NCBI RefSeq assembly: GCF_000007985.2
Contig: NC_002939.5
Location: 1,650,001 to 1,682,000 of the forward strand
Reading direction: 5' to 3'
DNA: 32,000 nt
Source of the DNA: Geobacter sulfurreducens PCA
GTDB lineage: Bacteria; Desulfobacterota; Desulfuromonadia; Geobacterales; Geobacteraceae
The notes below the pieces were generated by a model. It did not search any database. It was not told the origin of the DNA and worked only from the letters and a program-made list of their open reading frames with translations. Numbering within the stretch: position 1 is the first letter of the stretch; every line of letters starts with the position of its first letter. The position numbers and the translations under genes are program-made. Shown here piece by piece: positions 25,641 to 32,000 of the stretch.

Positions 25641-28229
25641 ATGGCGACATTTAACACTCCCCTGAGAATCCTGAGCAAAGCAGCCGCGGCCCTGATCGGG
25701 CTGGGATTGGTCGTGGTCATTGTCTATCTGGTTGTCGTCCAGTACAACTCGCAGATCGCCCGCCAACAGGCGGCATTGCAGGAGGCGGGCTCCGATTGCG
25801 AGCGCCGGGCGACAGCAGTGGGCTACTTTTTTTCCGAGCAGTTGGACTACATGGGCGACCTTGCCCAATGCCGGGAGCTGTCAGCCTATTTTGAAAACAA
25901 GGCCCTCGGCATGTCCATGGAGTATGGCCTTCGCGCCAGCAGCCTGCTGATAACCGAGCGTTTCGACAAGGTTCGCCGGGTGAAAAGGCTCGGCGATCAT
26001 CCCCTGTACAAGCGCATCGTTTTTCTCGACGCGAACGGCAGGCTGCTGAACGACAGCCGGTCACCGGATTACCGGTGGCAGCAGGAGGTAAGCCGGCTGT
26101 CCGCCACATCACCCCGAGGACAGAAGTCGGCCATCTATTACGTCAGCGATGCCGAGACAAACTGGATCATCATATCGGTTCCCTCGTTTTTCAAGGAACG
26201 GTATGTGGGCCAGGTCATGGGATGGATTCCCTTTTCCCGGATCTACACCTATTTCTTTGAGCCGGAAAAGGAGTTTTCCCGCGTATCGGATGTAATCATC
26301 TACCATGGGACATACATTCATGTCCCCCCGCCAGTGGGACATCTTCTCTCCGCCGGCATCCCGACCCCGCCGGCCGGCATGGAGCCGGGCCGGCCGTATT
26401 CCTTCCCACTGAAGGGACAAGAGTTCCGGGGAAAGACGATTTACGCCATTCTCGCACCGGTCAGGGACACCCCCTTTTCGCTGATGGCCATTGTCCCGCC
26501 GTCGGAGCAGTACGATTTCCGCTCACCGAAGCAGCTCCTCTATACAACCATCGGCCTGGCGTTGTTCATCGTGGGGGGGATCGCGTTCCTGCTCCGGCTC
26601 ACCACCAACAATGCACTGTTACAGGCACACCTGGAGGAAACCCGGCTCCGCGAGCAGGCAGTGGATGCTAAAAACCGCGAACTTGCAGCTGAAATTCGTG
26701 AACGTCAGCTCGCTGAGGCCTTTTTGCAGAAGGAGCGGGATTTTGTGGAAAGCCTGTTCGAGACCGCCCAGGTTATCATGCTGGTGCTTGATACCGACGG
26801 ACGGGTCGAGCGCTTCAATTCCTATCTGGAGGAGATTTCCGGATACCACCTGGAAGAGGTGCGCGGCAAGGACGTGTCCGTGTTGCTCCCTGAAGAACTC
26901 AGGGACCATCCGGACTCACTGTACCGGATGATACTGCAAGGCACCGGCATGACGGGGCGTATCTGCCCGATCATCACCAGGGACGGCCGCAAGCGGGAAA
27001 TCGAATGGCACGTGAAAAGGCTCCTGGATACCGATGCCCGCCAGGTGGGGGTTCTCGCCACCGGGCAAGACGTCACCGAGCGCACGATCATGGAAAAGGA
27101 GCTGCTGAAGGCGGCCAAGCTGGAATCCCTCGGCGTACTGGCCGGCGGCATCGCCCATGATTTCAATAATCTTCTGACCGTCATCATGGGCAATATCTCC
27201 CTGGCGCTCACACAGCTCGACTCCCCCGACAAGGTGAAAGAGTATCTGGCAAAAAGTGAAAAGGCCTCATTCCGCGCCCAGGATCTCACCCGGCAGTTGC
27301 TCACCTTTGCCAAGGGAGGAGCCCCCGTCAAAACCGCGTCCTCCATCACTACCGTCATCAGGGAGTCTGCCGAATTTGCCATGAGGGGGTCCAGCGTTCG
27401 CTGCGAGTTCTCGATTTCTTCCGACCTCTGGCCGGTCGACATCGACGCGGGCCAGATCAGCCAGGTCCTGCACAATCTTTTCATCAATGCCAATCAGGCA
27501 ATGCCCGCCGGTGGCGTCATCCAGACGCACTGCGAGAACGTCGTCATCGGGCCGGAGGAGGCGCTTCCCCTTCAGGCAGGCAGGTACGTAAAGGTTTCTA
27601 TCATCGATCAGGGCGTCGGCATCCCCGAGGAGAATCTCGGCAAGGTCTTCGATCCCTACTTTACGACCAAAGCGCAGGGCAGCGGTCTCGGCCTGGCGTC
27701 CAGCTTTTCCATCGTGACACAGCACGGCGGTACGATTACCGTGGAGTCTGCAGAGGGGCGCGGCACGACCTTCCATATCTTTCTTCCCGCTTCATCAAAA
27801 GAACTGCGGCAGAAGCAGGTCAGGCGCGAGGCGGTGGCTCCGGCCTGCGGCAGGATCCTGGTCATGGATGATGAAGAGGAGGTGAGGGATGTGATCGGCA
27901 ACATGCTCAGAAGCGCCGGCTGCGAGGTGGAGTTCGCCCAGGGGGGCGAAGAGGCCATCGACCGGTACAAAGAGTCCTTGGCCAAGGGGTGCCCGTTCGA
28001 CGTGCTGATCATGGACCTGACGATTCCCGGCCGGATGGGGGGGAAGGAGGCCATCGCGATCCTTCGGCAGATAAACCCGCAGGTGAAGGCGATCGTCTCG
28101 ACCGGCTACTCCAATGACTCAGTCATGGCCAATTACAGGGAATACGGTTTCGATGAGCTGATCACCAAGCCGTTCAAGGTGGCTGAACTTTCGGAAAAGC
28201 TCAGGCTGGTTCTTGCCGGCGGCCCGTGA
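25641..28229 (+). CDS. Hybrid sensor histidine kinase/response regulator (TM - periplasmic domain - TM - coiled coil - PAS - HisKA - HATPase - REC)
   Basis: Two hydrophobic segments (AAAALIGLGLVVVIVYLVVV and LLYTTIGLALFIVGGIAFLLRL) bracket a loop of about 260 aa. The PAS-like region is about nt 26740-27060. The H-box is GGIAHDFNNLL (His codon 27155-27157), followed by N/G boxes (HNLFINANQAM, DQGVGI, GSGLGL). The C-terminal receiver has DVLIMDLTIPG (Asp codon 28014-28016). A GTG at 25638 is an alternative start. Confidence 0.92.
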   Translation: MATFNTPLRILSKAAAALIGLGLVVVIVYLVVVQYNSQIARQQAALQEAGSDCERRATAVGYFFSEQLDYMGDLAQCRELSAYFENKALGMSMEYGLRASSLLITERFDKVRRVKRLGDHPLYKRIVFLDANGRLLNDSRSPDYRWQQEVSRLSATSPRGQKSAIYYVSDAETNWIIISVPSFFKERYVGQVMGWIPFSRIYTYFFEPEKEFSRVSDVIIYHGTYIHVPPPVGHLLSAGIPTPPAGMEPGRPYSFPLKGQEFRGKTIYAILAPVRDTPFSLMAIVPPSEQYDFRSPKQLLYTTIGLALFIVGGIAFLLRLTTNNALLQAHLEETRLREQAVDAKNRELAAEIRERQLAEAFLQKERDFVESLFETAQVIMLVLDTDGRVERFNSYLEEISGYHLEEVRGKDVSVLLPEELRDHPDSLYRMILQGTGMTGRICPIITRDGRKREIEWHVKRLLDTDARQVGVLATGQDVTERTIMEKELLKAAKLESLGVLAGGIAHDFNNLLTVIMGNISLALTQLDSPDKVKEYLAKSEKASFRAQDLTRQLLTFAKGGAPVKTASSITTVIRESAEFAMRGSSVRCEFSISSDLWPVDIDAGQISQVLHNLFINANQAMPAGGVIQTHCENVVIGPEEALPLQAGRYVKVSIIDQGVGIPEENLGKVFDPYFTTKAQGSGLGLASSFSIVTQHGGTITVESAEGRGTTFHIFLPASSKELRQKQVRREAVAPACGRILVMDDEEEVRDVIGNMLRSAGCEVEFAQGGEEAIDRYKESLAKGCPFDVLIMDLTIPGRMGGKEAIAILRQINPQVKAIVSTGYSNDSVMANYREYGFDELITKPFKVAELSEKLRLVLAGGP

Positions 28230-28253
28230 CGTAAGTCATCGGCAGAGCTCGAA

Positions 28254-28295
28254 CACAAAGGGCCTGCACCCGGACGGGGCAGGCCCTTTTGTGTG
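28254..28295. terminator. Bidirectional rho-independent terminator between the convergent kinase and hisG genes
   Basis: An 11-bp stem AAAGGGCCTGC / GCAGGCCCTTT is flanked by an A-run on the 5' side and a T-run on the 3' side, so it is U-tailed on both strands. Confidence 0.8.
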
Positions 28296-28315
28296 CAACA
28301 GCCGGTTTCCCGGCG

Positions 28316-29191
28316 TTAGATGATCTTGTTCAGCGGATACTCCACGATCCCCTCGGCGCCGAGCTTGATCAGCTCGGGAACGATGCGCCGGACCTCCTTT
28401 TCCGGGAGGATGCTCTCGATGGAGACCCAGTCCGAGTTGAAGAGGTGGGACACGGTAGGGTTCTTGAGGCTCGGCAGCACGCGGGTGATTGCCTCCAGCT
28501 GGTCATTGGGGGCGTTCATCTTGAGGCCCACCATTCCCTCGGCGGCAAGGGCCGATTTGAGGAGGGTGGCGATGGTCTCGATCTTCTCGCGCTTCCACGG
28601 ATCGGCCCAGGCGGCCTTGTTGGCGATCAGAACCGGCACCGACTCCATCAGGTCGCAGACGATCCGCAGGCCGTTGGCCTTGATGGTAGACCCCGTTTCG
28701 GTCACTTCCACGATGGCGTCGCAGAGGCCGTCAACCACCTTTGCCTCGGTGGCGCCCCAGGAGAATTCAACGGTTACCGGGATGTTGCGCTCGGCAAAGT
28801 ACCGCTTGGTGAAGCCCACCAGTTCGGTGGAGATGGTGGCCCCGTGGAGGTCCTCCGGCTTCTGCACGGCGGAGTCCCTGGTAACCACCAGGACCCAGCG
28901 GGCGGGCCGGCGGGAGACCTTGGAGTAGACCATCTCGCAGACTTCCACCACGTCCGACTCGTTTTCCCTCACCCAGTCGCGGCCGGCAATGCCAGCGTCG
29001 ATGGTGCCGCGCTCAACGTATTTCCCCATTTCCTGGGGCCGGATGAGCTTGCAGTTCATCTCGTCGTCGTCAACGCCGGGGAAGTAGCTGCGGGAGGAGA
29101 TGCTGATCTGCCAGCCGGCCTTGCGGAACAGCTCGACCGTTGCGTTTTCGAGGCTGCCCTTGGGCACGCCGAAATTGAGAAGGCCGCTCAT
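28316..29191 (-). CDS. hisG: ATP phosphoribosyltransferase, long form (with C-terminal regulatory domain)
   Basis: [26 protein letters not shown]... and [18 protein letters not shown] align with the E. coli HisG DAICDLVSTGATLEANGL. The product is about 291 aa, including a HisG_C-like tail. ATG 29191-29189 forms an ATGA overlap with the hisI stop; the track start at 29257 lies inside hisI. Confidence 0.93.
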   Translation of the reverse strand: MSGLLNFGVPKGSLENATVELFRKAGWQISISSRSYFPGVDDDEMNCKLIRPQEMGKYVERGTIDAGIAGRDWVRENESDVVEVCEMVYSKVSRRPARWVLVVTRDSAVQKPEDLHGATISTELVGFTKRYFAERNIPVTVEFSWGATEAKVVDGLCDAIVEVTETGSTIKANGLRIVCDLMESVPVLIANKAAWADPWKREKIETIATLLKSALAAEGMVGLKMNAPNDQLEAITRVLPSLKNPTVSHLFNSDWVSIESILPEKEVRRIVPELIKLGAEGIVEYPLNKII

Positions 29192-29565
29192 TTCTTGTAC
29201 ACCTCCGCCGGATCGAACAGGGGCTCGGAGTGCTCGACCCACTGGCCGTCCTCCCATCGGACGTAGAAGCAGCTCCGGTTGCCCGTGTGGCAGGCTGCCG
29301 GACCGTTCTGCTTCACCTTGATGACCACGGCGTCGGCATCACAGTCGGTGAGCACCTCGACCACCTCCTGGGTGTTGCCCGACTCCTCGCCCTTCATCCA
29401 GTACTTGTTGCGGCTGCGGCTGAAGAACCAGGTCTTGCCGCTCTCAAGGGTGAGGTTGAGGGTTTTTTCATCCATGAAGGCCACCATGAGAACCTCGTTG
29501 GTGGCGTGGTCCTGGATAATGGCCGGGATGAGCCCTCCCATCTTCTGGAAATCGATCGTTATCAT
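29188..29565 (-). CDS. hisI: Phosphoribosyl-AMP cyclohydrolase (monofunctional HisI)
   Basis: [45 protein letters not shown] and [11 protein letters not shown]...[13 protein letters not shown] are HisI signatures. The product is 125 aa and has no HisE fusion. Confidence 0.93.
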   Translation of the reverse strand: MITIDFQKMGGLIPAIIQDHATNEVLMVAFMDEKTLNLTLESGKTWFFSRSRNKYWMKGEESGNTQEVVEVLTDCDADAVVIKVKQNGPAACHTGNRSCFYVRWEDGQWVEHSEPLFDPAEVYKK

Positions 29566-29721
29566 GCCGGGTGTCTCTCCTCCTTTGCGGGAATGAACCA
29601 GATTTCAGCAGTTGAACACTGCCTGCAGTCGTGCCGACGGTCTCTTTCAGTAATACCAGGCTCATTTTTCTGCAGCCGATCACCATTCGGACAGGAGCGG
29701 CCGTGAACCACGGAATTTCCT

Positions 29722-29751
29722 TTAATACTCCGCCATCTATCATTGTGTCAA
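29722..29751 (-). promoter_or_regulatory. Putative sigma70-type promoter driving hisI-hisG
   Basis: On the minus strand: a perfect TTGACA (29751-29746), an 18-nt spacer, then TATTAA (29727-29722). This implies a leader of about 150 nt before the hisI ATG. Confidence 0.5.
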
Positions 29752-29910
29752 CAAAATGTGGCGCCAGAAGTCGGAGCCCTTGGCAGGAGAGGGGCGTTCG
29801 GGGTATAACCGACTCCTGGGGCATACCCGGCAGGCGGGATAGAGGACATATCCTGTCGCACTGTTGGACGATACTGTAGCCTGCCTTTATATCCCCACGG
29901 AGGAGCACCC

Positions 29911-30252
29911 ATGACGGAACGAAAACGTCCCGCGGCGCTGCGGGGCACGACCGTGGCGCTGGAGACCAACTGCGGCAAGCTCTATGTGACGGTCAACCGC
30001 GACCCGGACACCGGTCTGCCCGTCGAGGTCTTCTGCCGCTTCGGCAAGGCGGGCGGGTGCGGCAGCGCCGTCATGGACGGCCTGACCCGGATGATCACCC
30101 GCGGCCTGCTCTCGGGCATGGACCCGCAGGTTGTGGTTCGGGACCTGGCCGGGATATCGTGCCACCTGGGCGCCGCCACCTGTCTCGACGCCCTGGCGGA
30201 GGCGGTGGCCCTGGCCCTGGATGAGGGGAAAGGAGAGGACCGTTGCCCCTGA
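29911..30252 (+). CDS. TSCPD-domain protein (stand-alone homologue of the class II ribonucleotide reductase C-terminal Cys-rich domain)
   Basis: The pattern ETNCGKLYVTV...G.PVEVFCRFGKAGGCGSA...RMITRGL..G......V.DLAGISCH....ATCLDALAEAV matches the TSCPD family, with ATCLD in place of TSCPD. A perfect GGAGGA SD sits 6 nt upstream of the ATG. Confidence 0.7.
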   Translation: MTERKRPAALRGTTVALETNCGKLYVTVNRDPDTGLPVEVFCRFGKAGGCGSAVMDGLTRMITRGLLSGMDPQVVVRDLAGISCHLGAATCLDALAEAVALALDEGKGEDRCP

Positions 30253-32000
30253 CCATCTACACGAGCAACCGGATGGAGGCCCTGGTCGAGCAGCTTTGCG
30301 CCGTGGTCGAGCCCCCCCTGTCGTCACCCTTTGTTCCCGAGACCATCGTGGTGCAGAGCCGGGGCATGGAACGGTGGCTCGCCATGGAGCTGGCAAAGCG
30401 CCTGGGGATCTGGGCGAACGGCTCCTATCCCTTTCCCAATGCCTTTGTCTGGTCGCTCTTCCGGGCGGCGCTGCCCCATCTGCCGGACCAGTCCCCCTTT
30501 GACCCCGCCATCCTGACTTGGCGGATCATGGACCTGCTGCCGCGCCTGCTCCCGGAACCGGCCTTCGGCCAGTTGCGGGGGTATCTGGCCGGGGAGGACC
30601 GGGAACTGCGGCTCTACCAGCTTGCGGCCAGGATCGCCGACACCTTTGACCAGTACACCGTGTTCCGGGGCGACCTGCTGGCGACCTGGGAAACGGGGCG
30701 GGACCAGCAGTGGCAGGCCCGGCTCTGGCGCGCATTGACCGCGGACAGCCCCGGTACCCACCGGGGGGCCGTGCGCGACGCATTTCTGAAACAGCTGGCC
30801 GGGGGGCGTCTCCCTGCCGGCGTCTGCCCCGAACGGGTGTCGGTCTTCGGCATCTCGTACCTTCCGCCGTTCCACCTGGAGATCTTCACCTCCCTGGCCC
30901 GGCTCTGCCCGGTGAACCTGTTCGTCCTGAGCCCCTGCCGGGAATACTGGGGGGATATCGTCTCGCCCGGCGCCCGGGCGCGGATGACCCCGGAGCGCCG
31001 GCAGCAGGCCGTGGAGGGGCATCCGCTGCTTGCCTCCCTGGGCAAGCCGGGGCGCGATTTCTCGTCCCTCATCCTGGCCTGCGACGACTTGTCGGGCGGC
31101 GAGCGCGACCTCTATGCCGACGCCCCCGGCGAAACGCTCCTGGCAGCGGTGCAGAACGGCATCCTTACCCTGGACGAGGCCGACGGCACTCCGCGCCTGG
31201 TCCGGGTGGACCCCGGCGACCGCTCGATCGGGATTCATTCCTGTCACGGCCCCATGCGCGAGGCGGAGGTGCTCCACGACGTCCTGCTGGCCATGTTCGA
31301 GGACCTGCCCGGCCTCACGCCCCGGGATATCCTCGTGATGACGCCGGACATCGAGACCTATGCCCCCTATGTTGCCGCGGTGTTCGGCGGCGGTCAGGAC
31401 CAGCGGCGGCGCATCCCGTTTTCCATTGCCGACCGGAGCATCAGGAGTGCGGGGGGAGCGGCCGACGCCTTCCTGGCCATCCTCGATCTCCCCCTGGGCC
31501 GCTTCCCGGCGACCGGTGTGCTGGACATCCTGGAGACCGGCGCGGTCCACCGCCGTTTCGGCATCGACGAGGCCGGTCTCGAACAGATCCGCTCCTGGGT
31601 TGAGGCCACCCGCATCCGTTGGGGCATGGACGAGAACGAGCGCCGGGCTGCCGGGCTGCCTGCCTACCGGGAGAACAGCTGGCAGGCGGGGCTCGACCGG
31701 CTGCTGCTGGGGGTGGCCATGCCCGACGAGGAAGGGGCCATGTTCGGCGGCATCCTCCCCCACGATGCCATGGAAGGGGACGGGCCGGTGCTCCTGGGGC
31801 GCTTCATCCGCTTCGTGGAGGCCCTGGAGCGGGTGCGGCAGGATCTGGCGCGCCCCCGCTCCCTTGAGGGGTGGACAGCGACCCTGCGCGGCATCCTGGC
31901 CGACTTCTTCAATCCCGATGACGCCACCGCCTTCGAACGTGCCGCCTTGGGCAGGATCGTGGACGGCCTCGGCGAACTCGGCGCGGGCTCCGGCTTCACG
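30243..32000 (+). CDS. recC: Exodeoxyribonuclease V gamma subunit (RecC), 3' end runs off the window
   Basis: This ORF is not in the supplied track because it has no stop in the window. I read frame 3 by hand: (M)PLTIYTSNRMEALVEQLCAVVEPPLSSPFVPETIVVQSRGMERWLAMELAKRLGIWANGSYPFPNAF. It aligns with E. coli RecC MLRVYHSNRLDVLEAL...DPFEPEMILVQSTGMAQWLQM. The same frame is still open at 31620 (WGMDENERRAAGLP...LDRLLLGVAM) and through nt 32000. I chose the TTG start at 30243 by N-terminal alignment. Confidence 0.9.
   Translation, partial: MPLTIYTSNRMEALVEQLCAVVEPPLSSPFVPETIVVQSRGMERWLAMELAKRLGIWANGSYPFPNAFVWSLFRAALPHLPDQSPFDPAILTWRIMDLLPRLLPEPAFGQLRGYLAGEDRELRLYQLAARIADTFDQYTVFRGDLLATWETGRDQQWQARLWRALTADSPGTHRGAVRDAFLKQLAGGRLPAGVCPERVSVFGISYLPPFHLEIFTSLARLCPVNLFVLSPCREYWGDIVSPGARARMTPERRQQAVEGHPLLASLGKPGRDFSSLILACDDLSGGERDLYADAPGETLLAAVQNGILTLDEADGTPRLVRVDPGDRSIGIHSCHGPMREAEVLHDVLLAMFEDLPGLTPRDILVMTPDIETYAPYVAAVFGGGQDQRRRIPFSIADRSIRSAGGAADAFLAILDLPLGRFPATGVLDILETGAVHRRFGIDEAGLEQIRSWVEATRIRWGMDENERRAAGLPAYRENSWQAGLDRLLLGVAMPDEEGAMFGGILPHDAMEGDGPVLLGRFIRFVEALERVRQDLARPRSLEGWTATLRGILADFFNPDDATAFERAALGRIVDGLGELGAGSGFT

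Noticed and set aside
28289-29266. 325-aa plus-strand ORF over hisG
   Set aside because: It is a shadow of hisG, whose minus-strand product aligns with E. coli HisG. The plus-strand product is Gly/Asp/His/Leu-rich with no motifs.
29566-29715. His-codon leader peptide or T-box in the hisI leader
   Set aside because: There is no run of CAC/CAT codons in any short ORF. AATGGTGATCGGCT is too far from the GGGTGGTACCGCG T-box core.
29733-29748. NrdR box (CCATCTATCATTGTGT)
   Set aside because: Only the 3' half (ATTGTGT) matches the palindromic consensus, and there is no second box at the usual helical spacing.
29750-29890. Cobalamin riboswitch upstream of the TSCPD gene (tempting because TSCPD belongs to B12-dependent RNRs)
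   Set aside because: CGCACTGT and AGCCTGCC only vaguely resemble the B12 box and closing helix. The GGGAA / GGTG..AA.CC core is absent. I also checked glycine, ZTP, guanidine-I, GEMM-I and SRP-like patterns by eye, without a convincing match.
30324-31763. 479-aa minus-strand ORF (largest ORF in the track for this region), plus several 80-300-aa plus-strand ORFs in other frames
   Set aside because: The real gene here is recC in plus frame 3. It is absent from the track only because it has no stop within the window. The listed ORFs are Pro/Arg/Gly-rich shadow frames.

Overview
This is a 32-kb chromosomal segment from a high-GC Gram-negative bacterium. Gene content and order look Geobacter/Desulfuromonadales-like, but that taxon is only my inference. 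The window has three parts.

(1) nt 1-11945 is an all-plus-strand surface-glycan locus of the ABC-transporter (Wzt) type. It holds wzt (5' end cut by the window), an FkbM methyltransferase and a GT9 gene. Next comes an AT-rich mosaic block at about 3.2-8.5 kb with a WbsX-like gene, three GT2 genes and one GT4 gene. The locus then returns to host-like GC with a eukaryote-type UDP-galactopyranose mutase homologue, a Zn-ribbon SAM methyltransferase and a second GT9; these last three are chained by ATGA overlaps.

(2) nt 11950-22980 is core housekeeping: tRNA-Val(GAC), thrS, infC (apparent ATA start), rpmI, rplT, a terminator, pheS, pheT, ihfA, a short MerR-like regulator, tRNA-Pro(GGG), surE, pcm, an rpoS-like sigma factor, apt and tRNA-Arg(CCU).

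(3) nt 22980-32000 holds a YhaM/CyuA-family (UPF0597) gene behind a structured leader, then a family-3 solute-binding protein plus a hybrid sensor kinase. After these come hisI-hisG on the minus strand, convergent with the kinase, and a 345-bp divergent intergenic region. Last is a small TSCPD-domain ORF whose stop overlaps the start of recC. recC runs off the window and is missing from the supplied ORF track because it has no stop here.

I saw no CRISPR array, rRNA, transposase, integrase or recognisable defence genes. The long ORFs that mirror thrS, pheS, pheT, the mutase, yhaM, hisG and recC on the opposite strand are high-GC shadow ORFs.

Most worth following up:
- the TSCPD-recC coupling;
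- the eukaryote-type mutase in the glycan locus;
- the Wzt/FkbM module with a compositional break inside wzt;
- the terminator-only junctions in front of thrS and pheS;
- two unassigned structured leaders (23.0-23.2 kb and 29.57-29.91 kb).
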